A stretch of DNA of 64,000 nt from the IMG/VR virus record IMGVR_UViG_3300033074_000806, positions 66,588 to 130,587 of that record. One strand, 5' to 3'. Under the pieces are notes generated by a model. It saw only the letters and a list, made by a program, of their open reading frames with translations, made no database searches and was not told the DNA's origin. This DNA comes from a virus. Its lineage: Duplodnaviria; Caudoviricetes. Of this stretch, positions 1 through 11,499 are shown in pieces. Every line of letters begins with the position of its first letter. Position 1 is the first letter of the stretch. Position numbers and translations under genes: made by a program.

Positions 1-612
1 CGTGCAGAAGTAGCACAGCCAATTTCTGAAAACAAAGAATATATAAATAATCAAACTTTTGGAAGAAAAATTGACTTTTATAAGTCATTACATACAACAA
101 AATGGATAGCCAGAGATGGCGATCTCTGCCTAGTAGATCAAAGTTCTGATTTTGAGGTTTACAAAACTTATGAAATCAAAGATATTAGGTGGTATGAAAA
201 TTTTGGTTATGGAACTAAACAGCACTGTAATGTGGATCGAGCTGTATTAGCCACAACAATTTATGATGATTTATTATTTGCAGTATGTAAAGAAACATAT
301 CGCAATAGAAATATGTATGTGCTAAAAGTAATGAAACCACAAGTTCCGCCTAATTTTGGTGATTATATAGAATGCTTTGCAGATATAGAACTTCCAATTT
401 CTTTAATAAACACCTACGCACTAAATCAAATTTCTGATGAAGTGCAGACTATTACGTTCTCAGACTCAGATAATAAGTGGTTAAAGATAACCACTACTTT
501 GGGTCGCACCATTCATATAAGACTTTATTACGATTATTACTATATAAATCCCTCTAATAGGAATGTTTACACAATTGAAGATTACGGTATCTGCAAGATA
601 CAGGTGATATAA
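1..612 (+). CDS. Partial (5'-truncated) hypothetical protein, probably a virion structural protein
   Basis: Frame 1 is open from base 1 to TAA at 610-612, so the track's 232 start is internal; abuts the next ATG at 613. Confidence 0.6.
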   Translation, partial: RAEVAQPISENKEYINNQTFGRKIDFYKSLHTTKWIARDGDLCLVDQSSDFEVYKTYEIKDIRWYENFGYGTKQHCNVDRAVLATTIYDDLLFAVCKETYRNRNMYVLKVMKPQVPPNFGDYIECFADIELPISLINTYALNQISDEVQTITFSDSDNKWLKITTTLGRTIHIRLYYDYYYINPSNRNVYTIEDYGICKIQVI

Positions 613-3108
613 ATGCCAAATTATAATACATTTAGTTCTCATAGCCCAACTGGAGCAGCCATAACTGGTGCTAGAGTTGTAGTATCTCCTAATGAATATG
701 CGCCTGAAGGCCGTCGTATAGAATTCCCAGCTAACTTTAGTGTTTATGTAAATAAACAATCAAATATAGATGGCTCATTCCAAGTAGCAGAAGAACATTA
801 TTTGACACAGATAGTAGGCACACGACTCTATTTGTATCATAGACCACTTGTAAATAGCAATGGAACAATCACCACTATAACTAGTAGTGATGGAACTATA
901 GCTACTAGCAACACTAATGCTAAGCAAGGATACATAGAATTTTCAGCGCTTCCCACGGCCAGCAGCTTTGTAATTACTTACAGCGCATCTCCTGATTGTG
1001 TTTCAATGTGGCACTTTAACACATTGCAAGACGATGTAATGGAGATTCAAAAAACTATTGGTGTAACAAACTATACAGGTTGGCCAGGCCTACGCCATGT
1101 TGGATATGCATTAGCTAATGATCCTGCAGACAATATAGCTTCACTATTTAGTAATGCTCTATACCTACAACATTTAAATAAAAACCTTCGCATATCATCT
1201 ACTGAAACAGCTGGTTATTATCCTACACTGGGCTCAGGACATTTAATTCAAGTTGGGTCAAGATACGATAAAGTTAATCTAGAAGGAACTGGAATAACTC
1301 TTGCAGCCAATGTTGAAGCTACCAATCCTTTGGCTACTATATCCACTGTAATCGAGCTAGGTAATAATACTGGAGATAGGATAACTTACCGCGGATCGTT
1401 GTCTGGAGAAGGGCAAACTACAATAGGTGGCGCACTATGGCCTAACCATTCAGGTGCTCTTGGTTCCATAACTACAGCACAGTATACTGGAGCTATGCTC
1501 CGAGTTAATGGAAATGAAACTATTTTAGGAAACCTATATGTAAATGGTGCCGTAACTGTTGTCCATTCAACTGGTGAGACTTCTACTATATTAGGAGATT
1601 TCACTGTTAATGACGAGCTGTTTGTCAATGGTGTTTCTCATTTAATTGGTCCTGTAGAAACTAACAACGTTACAGTAAATCAAAATTTAATCTATGAAGG
1701 AAATTTGATTGCTGGTAACTCAGCAGGTGCAGGAGCGGACGGCCATTCAGTTGTAGATAATTTAGATGCGTCAGAAGTTGCTCATACATATAAGTATGCT
1801 ATGAAGCGCAATCTAAGAAATTATATTGTAGCTGCTCCTAAGTATTATGGAACGGTTTTACCAAAACGAGGCGCGTATACACCTAATGGTTTTATAAGCA
1901 GTGGTAACTTTGTTGGAGAAATATTTAACTATTCTGGCCTATTAAACGCTGCTGCAAGTTCTTCTGGCGCCTATCTATCCATACTACAGCTACTGTGCAC
2001 TGGAACTAGAATGGCTATTGTTAGCGGCTTTTATACAGGCATACTTGGCTTTGTGGATGGCGGCTGGTTCTCTAAAGGAATGATGGATCCAGGGGCTCTA
2101 CACATAGATCTTCCTACAAAAAATTATAGCGCTCCAATATATGGCTATACAGTAGAAGAGTTAACTGGAACAGCAAGTGGAGAGATACGCCGCCTTAATG
2201 TGTATACACCAGAGCAGCCTACTGAGAGCACACTAGGTAATCCTCCATACTCTTTGTATTCGCCTGGAGCTAGACACTGGCAATTTATTGATGATGTAAC
2301 AAGTAATGCTACTGATCCTACAATAAGAATTTCAGCCACTAATACAAGTCCACTTGTCATAGCATTTGATGAAGAGATTAGAATACTCAACGCTAATAGC
2401 CCTAACATATCCATAGCAACTACGGCTGGTCATGCCGTATCTGGATCTATAGACACATCACCTACTGGGGTTGTTTATGTGTTCGCTAGTCGCAACTATA
2501 ATTCTAATATAGAAACTACTCCTACTTTTATAACAAGAGCAATACCTTTTGCAATGCCGGGAGAAGTAGCTGTAGGCGAAGTTTGCTTGACTAGAACTGG
2601 AGTGACTGAGTGGAGAGTAAATGAAATAACTTCCTACAGGCCGGGTGGTTATTATGACTCTGCTTGGATACCAATCAATACTGCTGTCGATACTGTATCA
2701 GGTAGATCAACACCAAGAATAAATTATGGCAGCACAAATGCTTCAACCAAGTTATACTTTAATCATAATCTTGGTTGTGATTTAGATTTTGCATATGTAG
2801 ATTTCAAACTATTCTTAGGAGCTTATGGCACTAAGGATGTAACTACATTATGGCCAAACAAATTTAATACATTTAGCCACAGTCTATTTGGACACGATCA
2901 TAGACGGCAAGTTGGTTTGAGTGGTGCCTTTACTGTTGTCGATCTAAATAATCGCGGAAGTAATGCTTCAACTCAAAATGATGCTAGCCTGTTCTATCTT
3001 GATGGCCGACTTGCTGGAGTTCAAATTTCCGAATCCTTATTAGCACCTACACAAAGTGGCGTTACAGCCTTTAACTACTTGAGACTAATAGCAAAGAGAA
3101 CTGAATGA
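613..3108 (+). CDS. Putative tail/baseplate structural protein, 831 aa, with beta-repeat segment
   Basis: Long ORF in a coupled structural operon; GNLYVNG/GDFTVND-type beta-strand repeats; rich in S/T/G. Confidence 0.55.
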   Translation: MPNYNTFSSHSPTGAAITGARVVVSPNEYAPEGRRIEFPANFSVYVNKQSNIDGSFQVAEEHYLTQIVGTRLYLYHRPLVNSNGTITTITSSDGTIATSNTNAKQGYIEFSALPTASSFVITYSASPDCVSMWHFNTLQDDVMEIQKTIGVTNYTGWPGLRHVGYALANDPADNIASLFSNALYLQHLNKNLRISSTETAGYYPTLGSGHLIQVGSRYDKVNLEGTGITLAANVEATNPLATISTVIELGNNTGDRITYRGSLSGEGQTTIGGALWPNHSGALGSITTAQYTGAMLRVNGNETILGNLYVNGAVTVVHSTGETSTILGDFTVNDELFVNGVSHLIGPVETNNVTVNQNLIYEGNLIAGNSAGAGADGHSVVDNLDASEVAHTYKYAMKRNLRNYIVAAPKYYGTVLPKRGAYTPNGFISSGNFVGEIFNYSGLLNAAASSSGAYLSILQLLCTGTRMAIVSGFYTGILGFVDGGWFSKGMMDPGALHIDLPTKNYSAPIYGYTVEELTGTASGEIRRLNVYTPEQPTESTLGNPPYSLYSPGARHWQFIDDVTSNATDPTIRISATNTSPLVIAFDEEIRILNANSPNISIATTAGHAVSGSIDTSPTGVVYVFASRNYNSNIETTPTFITRAIPFAMPGEVAVGEVCLTRTGVTEWRVNEITSYRPGGYYDSAWIPINTAVDTVSGRSTPRINYGSTNASTKLYFNHNLGCDLDFAYVDFKLFLGAYGTKDVTTLWPNKFNTFSHSLFGHDHRRQVGLSGAFTVVDLNNRGSNASTQNDASLFYLDGRLAGVQISESLLAPTQSGVTAFNYLRLIAKRTE

Positions 3109-5663
3109 CCTGCTCAGAAAGATTTCTTAACATGGAAGGACAGATACTTCCACCCATTACTAATTACGAATACGAAGATAATCTAAGTATCCGTGGTATT
3201 AATGATAGATACTTTAGATTCGAAGATGTGTCTAGCGAGTCTGAGTATCTATTTATTGATAGAGTTAGAAATGGATATTTAGAATCTGGAGTGTTTCCAA
3301 CAGGCACCGGTATACTTAACCTTAGGTTAACTGGTGTATTCGCAACAGGTATTACAAACTGGGCAGTAAGCGGCGCAACAGGATATTTAATTCCTCAATC
3401 TGGCGTAGATTTAAGTGGCCTTCCTGTTGTCACTGGTAGTGTAATGACTAGATCTATCTACGAGGGATATAGCGTTGCATTAGTAAACTATGATACAACT
3501 GGTAGTTATTTAATACAGACAGGGATATCACTAACAACTGGAGCTCGTCATCAATTTTTTGCTCAGATTCAGCAGCCGTATGCTTACGGGAATATTACTA
3601 AAAATGTTTCTGTTCATATCATAGGCTATACAGGAGGTATACCTATAGCGTATTATGATCATGTTTCAGGAAGTTGGTATAACAATACCACGCCTCCAAA
3701 CACGACTGCTACTCAGACACCTACTGGATTACGCTTTGAGTTTTATACAACTTCATTTCCTGGTGCAACTCCTACAAGCTATGCGGTTAGGATAGCATTA
3801 ACGGGTGCTGCCACCAAATCTACAACTGGTAATCCTATGATAGTCTTAGCTGATGATATTCATGTTGATGAATACTTAGCTAGAGATGCATTTACAGATG
3901 TAATAGTTCCAACGGGATATCTAATTCAGATTACTCCTGATCTTGGATGGCATGATACCTTATCAATGTTTGGTGAAAGGAACAATGAAATTAACCCCCA
4001 CCTAACAACTCTTGGTCCATATACTGTAGAACAAGAAAATCTGATTGATAATACAGACGGTAGCATTACCGCATTTCTATCAGAAGATGAAATGCAAAAG
4101 GCCACCAATGAGAACTTTAGAAGTTACTTATGGCGGGCTATAGCTTTAGGACCAAACACCATAGGTGAAGGCGGCCTACCAAGAAGATTTACCTATGTTG
4201 GAAAAATATTTGATAGCGAATTTACGATAAATAAGGTAGAAGACTCTGAGTCAATTATAAAAGTTATTACTGGAACCAAAGGCCAGCGAATGTCAGTTCT
4301 TGTAGACGAAGAGGCAAACCATCCAGGACTAGAATACCCAACAGCTAATAGCTGGAAGTTAACTATTCTTATGGATGTGGAATATAAGAAGCTAGCTATT
4401 AGAGGACAGGATCAGGGCGGTGGAGTAACTAGCGTTCGATACTTAGAGTTAAAATCAAATGCAGTAAGTGTTAGTGAGCGGCCTCTATGGAATATCTTTG
4501 ACGATTTCGCGGCGCTACTGGACATCCAACGGCTACCAGATGAAGATAACTATAAGCTAATTGATAGAGTTAAAGATGCGGTTAATAATCCTGGAGCACC
4601 ATATTATGAAGGTGTGCTAAATAGCTCTACTAGAGAACTAGGTATCAAAAAAGAATCAGCAGGCATAACCTTAGGTATATCAAAAAATTATATACCCTAC
4701 AACTTGCGCGCGGTTGCTGTAGTAACTTCTATTGGAGTATTACTAAGAACAGATGATCTAATAACTACTGAGCTAGTTTACTTAGATCCAATAACACTAA
4801 AAGCTACAGTCTCCTATCCAATATATGATAATCCAATCATAATTGAAAGCGAGTATGGAGAAAAAATAGACGACAATGATATTGATTTTTATGGTGTAGA
4901 TTCTGAAAATCCAGATCTATACTCTATTAAAATAGCTGATGAAAAAACGGCAGGGAAGTTATTAAAAATAACTTATCCATATTTTAGACTATACAAATAT
5001 ATTGATTATCCATATCTTGGACAATTGCTATTAGCTATAAATCAATTTACTGACTCTCTAAATCGAGAAGTAATTACTGCCACTATTGATCCCCAGCTAT
5101 CAGGTTCTGAAAACTCTGATGGATTGTTACTAGGAGAATATCCTATAACAGTAGATTCTTCTGTAGATATTGCTTGGGCTGCAATAGTTTTACGAAGAAT
5201 ATCTGATAGGTTGTTTAGAGACAGCTATAAAGACGATAATGAAAACCTTAGGAAGACCCGTTTTTATTCCTTCATTAAGGAATTAAAATCCAATACAAAT
5301 ATCGAATGGGGAAGCCTACGTTCAGATAGAGCTTACTGGGATGCTGCAAATAACAAAGACTTAGGGTTCGATCATTTAGAAACAAGATGTGATCCATCTA
5401 TTGTGCAATATACTAGTAATGATATTATACTAGATTCTATACATGCACATGGGCGAGGGCTCAGTGGCTACAGTGGAGAAAAAATTGATAACACAATATT
5501 AAACTATAACAGCTTCATTCCTGGAGTCGCTCACACATTCGATTTAGAACCGTCAGTATATATTACTCAATCTAAGGCGCCAATCTTATCTCAAGTGTTT
5601 AGTATAGTAGTTGGAGAAACAGGCAATTCATCTTTAAAGTATTTCACAGGTAATATTATCTAA
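3105..5663 (+). CDS. Putative baseplate wedge-like protein, 852 aa, with (S/T)G-rich N-terminal domain
   Basis: WNIFDDFAALLDIQRLPDEDNYKLIDRVKD...PG...EGVLN..RELG resembles the LD..G...R..E.D..R.R signature of contractile-tail wedge subunits; ATGA overlap. Confidence 0.5.
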   Translation: MTCSERFLNMEGQILPPITNYEYEDNLSIRGINDRYFRFEDVSSESEYLFIDRVRNGYLESGVFPTGTGILNLRLTGVFATGITNWAVSGATGYLIPQSGVDLSGLPVVTGSVMTRSIYEGYSVALVNYDTTGSYLIQTGISLTTGARHQFFAQIQQPYAYGNITKNVSVHIIGYTGGIPIAYYDHVSGSWYNNTTPPNTTATQTPTGLRFEFYTTSFPGATPTSYAVRIALTGAATKSTTGNPMIVLADDIHVDEYLARDAFTDVIVPTGYLIQITPDLGWHDTLSMFGERNNEINPHLTTLGPYTVEQENLIDNTDGSITAFLSEDEMQKATNENFRSYLWRAIALGPNTIGEGGLPRRFTYVGKIFDSEFTINKVEDSESIIKVITGTKGQRMSVLVDEEANHPGLEYPTANSWKLTILMDVEYKKLAIRGQDQGGGVTSVRYLELKSNAVSVSERPLWNIFDDFAALLDIQRLPDEDNYKLIDRVKDAVNNPGAPYYEGVLNSSTRELGIKKESAGITLGISKNYIPYNLRAVAVVTSIGVLLRTDDLITTELVYLDPITLKATVSYPIYDNPIIIESEYGEKIDDNDIDFYGVDSENPDLYSIKIADEKTAGKLLKITYPYFRLYKYIDYPYLGQLLLAINQFTDSLNREVITATIDPQLSGSENSDGLLLGEYPITVDSSVDIAWAAIVLRRISDRLFRDSYKDDNENLRKTRFYSFIKELKSNTNIEWGSLRSDRAYWDAANNKDLGFDHLETRCDPSIVQYTSNDIILDSIHAHGRGLSGYSGEKIDNTILNYNSFIPGVAHTFDLEPSVYITQSKAPILSQVFSIVVGETGNSSLKYFTGNII

Positions 5664-8600
5664 TGGTAACTTATAACTATACTGTCAGCTCAGCATCTGG
5701 TTACAAAACAGTTCAACAGGCAATAGATTCCATTGCAGCTGAATTGGAAGATAGTCCAGTTTTAACAGGTGATATAACTATACAAGTAGCTGCTGGGACT
5801 TATCCAGGATTTATATTTCCACGTGGCACTACCCTCGCGCTGTTAGGAACAGAGTTACGCATTATTATAAAGTCTGCAGGAAATTTCTTTCCTGTATTTG
5901 ATGGTAGATTAAATCCTTCTGAGCAATATGTTGGAGCCGATTTAGATTCAGCCAATCCTAATGTGACAATCGAAGGGCTTAGATTTCAAAATTTTGCTGT
6001 TGGAATTAGAGCTACAAATGGTTCTCATAAGGTAAAGATAAAAAATTGCATAGTAAATGATAATACTAATGTCAATATTTTATTAGAGCAATGTAACAAC
6101 TCAGCAGTATTACAATGTGTTATTACAAATGGAGACTTTGGTGTTGTCTCTAGACTGTGCAAAAATACAGCCTTATATCACAACAGTATCTTTTTAAATG
6201 GCTCTGTAGGAAATGCAGATGCCGGTATTTGGATCCAATTAGCAAATGATTACGGTTCTGGACTAGCTGATACTGGTAAAGCTTATATTGTGGGCAATGT
6301 TATATGGAATACAATAGGGCCGGCTGCCATACTCTTTCAAGAAGATATTGAGCTAAAAGCTATAGTATCAAATTATAATGACTTAGTAAAGACTGCTGAA
6401 ACTTTAATTGCTATAGAAAAGAAAGCGTATGTGCCAGATAAGCCTAGAGAAAGAAAAAATATCGCAAGTCTTTCAGAATGGAAAGATCTAAGAATACTTA
6501 GTAATCCAGATAGTTCTATACTTGATGCTAAGTCTATTTCACAAGATCCTAAATTCTTACAAGTTGCTAAATCTAAAACTAAGCAGAATGGATTGTATAT
6601 TGATCTTAGCTTATTGCCAATATCTCCTGTGCTAGGATTAGTTCCTAGCTTTCATTCTGAATTGGCTCAAGCAGTAATCTGGCTACCAAGTTATATTGAA
6701 TCATCAGAGTTTAGAACAGACATAGTAAACAACTTACGCAATAGTGGCACAACTGCTGCAGGTGCCAATGATAAAAAATCAAACTCTGGATTTTTTGGAC
6801 AAGATGTTTTTATATCTCCGCGAGATCTAGCTCTTACAAAGAACTGTGATATCGATCCTCTTAGAGATCTAATTTATAAACGATTAGATATTTGGCTGCC
6901 AAAGATTAGAAAGGGATTTTTTAGCTCACACGAAAGAGAGTATTATTTATACTCTAAAAAAGCTTGCCGGACTATAGGAGAATGTGCTGTAACAAAGTTT
7001 AAACTACCTGGGACTGTAATAACTACAAAACCTATTAAGCTATCTGTTGCCGGTGAAAATGTTGAAGATCCTAGATATATTGACATAATAGGAAATGAAT
7101 TAATATTGTATCACTATGACCTAGACATTCAGGATGGAACAGAAGAGGTAGAGCTACAATGCTATATTAGAAAGTGGCAGAGTAATGTCAGTGGATTTAT
7201 ATACTCTCCTGTATACTATAGGTTTAAAATTTCTCAAGGCACTACTAAATTTTATTTACCTCCTGACTATATACCTGATGGTCCTGTAGTAATAACTGAT
7301 GATAGATCTGCACCAAATGATAATGATCGATTAGCTAACCGTGAATTTAAGTTAGTTTGGGATACAGAAATGCAGCGGACTGAAATTATATTCGCTAATA
7401 ACTCTAACCTGGCTGCAAATTGTCAGTTCGATAGGTTTGCTGGATCCGACGCTTATAGGCCACTTAATTGGAATAGTCAGAATACTTATTTGTATTCTGG
7501 GCAAGGTTATAACATAGAGCCCTATGTAGGAGATTATGTCTGTGTAGTAGAGCCTGCCGGGTATCTAGAGCAATTGTTACCTATAGATAATAATGCCCAC
7601 GCTATTAGCTGGCACGCAAAAGCTGGCGCCATCACTGGCATCACTGGCTTTTTTGTTACTGGTAACTATAACGTTTCCCCAGAAGATAATTCATATTATA
7701 TATGCAAGTTTTATGATTCTACTTACCAATGGCTTGGTCTAGACTTAAGTGGAATCTATACTGTAAATCCAGAATGGACGCGCTACTTTATTACTATTGG
7801 CTCTGGAGCTAACGCAGATAAAACAATAGAAGTTGATTGCGATGTTTCTGGAATATCAATAAATAATTTCATACCTGAAAGATCCGCTTTCTGTAGCTTT
7901 AGGCTAGTAAATAATGTTGACTACAATCTATACGTAGACGGATTTCAATATGAAAAAGCTGAGAAGCCTTCTATCTATCATAGAAAATTTAGACTATCTG
8001 AGTTAACTGTAGAATATGAAACTAGCTCGTCTAAAGAATTTATTGACACTAGACTTGCTATGTCTCCTGTCAGAAATAGCTTTAGCCAAGGCTTTATCCA
8101 TATACCAGAGATCCCAGCTTCTATCTACGACGGTCCATTAAATCCTAATGTAACTACTCTAAATGAAATTAGATGGCCGCTAGGTCGTAAGTTAATAATT
8201 CCGTGGGCGCGCTTAAATGGAAAGGATAAGCTAAGACGTAAAACGGTCTTCAATCTTATACCAGAGAAGCACTCAGATATTATAAAACCATACCATATAA
8301 GCTATCAGCCTTTTGATATTATTCTAAATCCAGAAACTATTGTTTGTAGGCAAGGCGATACCAATGGGGTAGGATTTACAATCCAAGTATCAACTTCAGA
8401 AGGAAATCCATATGCTGGCGGCAAGTATGCTGTTGGTATATCAGAGCCCTTAGCTCGGTTTCCAGGCTGGCTACATAAGCGCTATTTGGGTGCTAATGAA
8501 CAGCTAGCTCCTACTATCAATGGTAAACTAGATTCTGCAGGATCTTCTTCTATCCTTTGGATTCCACCTGACGAGACAGTAATACAATTTGCTGGCCAAG

Positions 8601-9190
8601 TTCCAACAAGACGTGCCGCTACCTATGACCAAATTACTTCAGTCGAGTTGAACTATAGAGCAAATCCAGAACAACATGGGAATGTGATTATATTAGATGG
8701 CAGCTATAATAAGATTCCAACCTCAGCCAGCAGAGCTTTCAGAACTATTTATAGACCAACTTACAGTCAAAATTTTAGTATAATAAATTTGAACTATCCA
8801 GCCACTCCTGGCTCGGTTAAGGTAATAGTGAATGGAATAAACTTGCTAGAATCTTATCTAGCTAATCCAGACAGCGATCAATTTTTTGTTGATTATCAGA
8901 GTAATAAAATTTTACTAAAGGGTAGAATAGACGAAGCCATAGTTGAGTATGTTCCTAGCTATGTGTTTATAAATCTCGCAAACCCATATAGGTTACAATT
9001 CTATCACGAAAAACTATTCGGCTCTTATACAGGGCCCATTACTATTGGATACGATGCGCTAATAGACCTAAGTATAGTAGTATTAAAACCAAATGGCGTT
9101 GATACAATAACTAAGACCCACACCATTACCGCACAGAATCATCTAGTATCAAATTTTAGACAGTTTAATACCATAGCACTAGAATACTAA
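5663..9190 (+). CDS. Virion protein, 1175 aa, with N-terminal right-handed beta-helix (pectin-lyase-like) and a CBM-like beta-sandwich
   Basis: YKTVQQAID..ITIQVAAGTY, NVTIEGLRFQN, VKIKNCIVNDN, closing DPKF..LSLLPISP motif; later NLAANCQFD..EWTRY..LYVDGFQYE. Confidence 0.6.
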   Translation: MVTYNYTVSSASGYKTVQQAIDSIAAELEDSPVLTGDITIQVAAGTYPGFIFPRGTTLALLGTELRIIIKSAGNFFPVFDGRLNPSEQYVGADLDSANPNVTIEGLRFQNFAVGIRATNGSHKVKIKNCIVNDNTNVNILLEQCNNSAVLQCVITNGDFGVVSRLCKNTALYHNSIFLNGSVGNADAGIWIQLANDYGSGLADTGKAYIVGNVIWNTIGPAAILFQEDIELKAIVSNYNDLVKTAETLIAIEKKAYVPDKPRERKNIASLSEWKDLRILSNPDSSILDAKSISQDPKFLQVAKSKTKQNGLYIDLSLLPISPVLGLVPSFHSELAQAVIWLPSYIESSEFRTDIVNNLRNSGTTAAGANDKKSNSGFFGQDVFISPRDLALTKNCDIDPLRDLIYKRLDIWLPKIRKGFFSSHEREYYLYSKKACRTIGECAVTKFKLPGTVITTKPIKLSVAGENVEDPRYIDIIGNELILYHYDLDIQDGTEEVELQCYIRKWQSNVSGFIYSPVYYRFKISQGTTKFYLPPDYIPDGPVVITDDRSAPNDNDRLANREFKLVWDTEMQRTEIIFANNSNLAANCQFDRFAGSDAYRPLNWNSQNTYLYSGQGYNIEPYVGDYVCVVEPAGYLEQLLPIDNNAHAISWHAKAGAITGITGFFVTGNYNVSPEDNSYYICKFYDSTYQWLGLDLSGIYTVNPEWTRYFITIGSGANADKTIEVDCDVSGISINNFIPERSAFCSFRLVNNVDYNLYVDGFQYEKAEKPSIYHRKFRLSELTVEYETSSSKEFIDTRLAMSPVRNSFSQGFIHIPEIPASIYDGPLNPNVTTLNEIRWPLGRKLIIPWARLNGKDKLRRKTVFNLIPEKHSDIIKPYHISYQPFDIILNPETIVCRQGDTNGVGFTIQVSTSEGNPYAGGKYAVGISEPLARFPGWLHKRYLGANEQLAPTINGKLDSAGSSSILWIPPDETVIQFAGQVPTRRAATYDQITSVELNYRANPEQHGNVIILDGSYNKIPTSASRAFRTIYRPTYSQNFSIINLNYPATPGSVKVIVNGINLLESYLANPDSDQFFVDYQSNKILLKGRIDEAIVEYVPSYVFINLANPYRLQFYHEKLFGSYTGPITIGYDALIDLSIVVLKPNGVDTITKTHTITAQNHLVSNFRQFNTIALEY

Positions 9191-11499
9191 TGGCCTCCGG
9201 ATTAAAAATAATTGATACTGAAAACCTTAGTAGAGAAAAAACTTTACTAATTAAATACTATCTAAGCAATACAGGTGAGTGGGTTTATGCTTTAGATAAT
9301 TGTGGATACAAGCCTGTTTGTGATGAATATTGGACTATAATGTATCCGAATTTTCAGCACCCACAACACACAGATGCTTCTCCAGATAGGCCATTAATTA
9401 TCTTGACAGGATCATTATATGGAGTATTTGCTTGGAACTACGGTGGTATTCCAGGCATACAGCCTTCTGATTTTGATGCTGAACATAGTTACTTAGTGCA
9501 AGTTACTATGGTTAATCAAGGCTGTTTATTTACTGGCAATAACACTGGACAAACAGGCTCTGGTGGAACAACAGGATCAGTTCCTGTTACGGGAATAAGT
9601 GCGCCACCACAATCAGGATACTATCCTCCCAAAGGTCCAGGGCGAATAACTCCAGGTTATGGAGCGCCGCCATATCCAAGGATACCAGACATTCCTATTA
9701 TAGTTCATAATTCTGGAACGCTAATAAGAATTAATAATCCAGATCCAGGAACCTATGCAGAGGTTATCCAGCCAGATAATGGCTACTATTCAAGGCCTAT
9801 TGAGTTTAGCGAGGGCAGCTTGGAGTATACGAATATTCCATTGCGAGACTTATCTATAGGAAATAATCCTATAAAGCCTTCTCTGTTCTATGGTAATGGC
9901 CCAGGTGAAATTGTAGAGAATCCATTGTTTATTCAAAAAGAAAAAGATCGAAATAATCTCCCTTCTAAATTTGATAATAAGCTAAGCAGCGACCCAGAAG
10001 GCTGGCACGCATTAAATCCAGATTCAAGTTTTAGTAATAAAAATTTAACACCAAGCTTTGTATTTGGAGATCAAAACTCTAAAGACATGAGCAAGGTTGG
10101 AAGATCCAATAGACCTATAAATAACTCTAGTATGGATCTATTAATTGAAGGCAGCAATGCTAGTGGCATTGTTTATATAAATAGAACTATTTCGTTGAGT
10201 GGAGGATCAATGTTAGATTCTCGCGCTTCAATTCCATCAGTATCATTAATTCCTGGAATAACAACAGATGATTTATCTACTAAGATTCCAATAAATGAAT
10301 TGCCTGCAGGATTGGACGCTGGCTCATATAACTCTAGAAACTATTCTGCCTTAGATACCTCTAGTGATAGTTCTACTAGACCATATACATCAAGCTCAGT
10401 TGCTTATAATGCTGATATAGTTATTTCAAATCCTGTTGTTCGCCGTGGAGAACTACTGACTATTGCAGCTAGTTGCTACCCTAATACCGATGTTTCTATC
10501 TACGCTAAGTTAATAATTGTTGATACTGAGGGTAAGCAAATTGATGCTGCTACCTCGATAGCAGCTATAGCTAATAGCTCTGAAGCATCAAAAATAGCTA
10601 TAACAACTAGAACAGATATCTATGCACTAGGTAAAATATTTATCAATGCTTTATTTTTTGATAGTAGCAACAACATTGTAGCTAGCGCCAGTAAAACAGC
10701 AGAAGTAATTGATCAAATAATAGAGTCCTCTGGTGCCATACCAAAGACTATTAATAGTTATAGACTTCCTACTAATGGGCATATATCAGATAATCTTGCG
10801 AGATACGCAGGTGTTAATATAAACAAGTATGTTGATTTTTATATAGATGATAAGCCACGCTACTTCATTTTTAGAATGTTAGCTGGCCAATTAGCCTTTG
10901 TCATTAAATCATTAAACGCAACTACCTTAGATACCAACCTAATAGCAAAAGTATACGATCCTGATGTCGTTGGATCGATGGCAGGTTCATCAACAAGAAG
11001 AGTTGATATTACGCAACACTCAGATCCTGTATTGACTGTCAAAGATAAGATAAAGATAAATGATGTAACTATTTTTGATAACGAACACATAATTGGAACT
11101 AAGCCTGTATCATTGCCATTTGATATGATTGTAACACCCATTCTTTCTATATCCAAGAATGGTAGTAATGTAGAAGGCCCAGCAAAAGTAAGAATGTATT
11201 TAAATGATGATGCTAATCTTATAGTTCCAGTAAGGATTTCTAAGACAAATGATGGCCTATCAGATATTGCTATCTATAATCTTCCTTATGCAGGAGAAGA
11301 GATTCGAATGCTTGTCGGAGGTAAAGATCAATATGATGTTCCAGATGAGATTGTAACCTATAGTGCTACTGGCTCGCTTATTGGTGAAACTACATTTACT
11401 ATAGAAACATCTTTAATAAACTCTGATAACTGGATTCATTTGTTACGGTATCCTTATAATATAGCTAATGATATAATCTATTCTGAGAGGTTTGTATAA
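9190..11499 (+). CDS. Hypothetical structural protein, 769 aa, with Pro/Gly-rich linker
   Basis: Long coupled ORF; GQTGSGGTTGSVPVTGISAPPQSGYYPPKGPG low-complexity stretch. Confidence 0.45.
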   Translation: MASGLKIIDTENLSREKTLLIKYYLSNTGEWVYALDNCGYKPVCDEYWTIMYPNFQHPQHTDASPDRPLIILTGSLYGVFAWNYGGIPGIQPSDFDAEHSYLVQVTMVNQGCLFTGNNTGQTGSGGTTGSVPVTGISAPPQSGYYPPKGPGRITPGYGAPPYPRIPDIPIIVHNSGTLIRINNPDPGTYAEVIQPDNGYYSRPIEFSEGSLEYTNIPLRDLSIGNNPIKPSLFYGNGPGEIVENPLFIQKEKDRNNLPSKFDNKLSSDPEGWHALNPDSSFSNKNLTPSFVFGDQNSKDMSKVGRSNRPINNSSMDLLIEGSNASGIVYINRTISLSGGSMLDSRASIPSVSLIPGITTDDLSTKIPINELPAGLDAGSYNSRNYSALDTSSDSSTRPYTSSSVAYNADIVISNPVVRRGELLTIAASCYPNTDVSIYAKLIIVDTEGKQIDAATSIAAIANSSEASKIAITTRTDIYALGKIFINALFFDSSNNIVASASKTAEVIDQIIESSGAIPKTINSYRLPTNGHISDNLARYAGVNINKYVDFYIDDKPRYFIFRMLAGQLAFVIKSLNATTLDTNLIAKVYDPDVVGSMAGSSTRRVDITQHSDPVLTVKDKIKINDVTIFDNEHIIGTKPVSLPFDMIVTPILSISKNGSNVEGPAKVRMYLNDDANLIVPVRISKTNDGLSDIAIYNLPYAGEEIRMLVGGKDQYDVPDEIVTYSATGSLIGETTFTIETSLINSDNWIHLLRYPYNIANDIIYSERFV

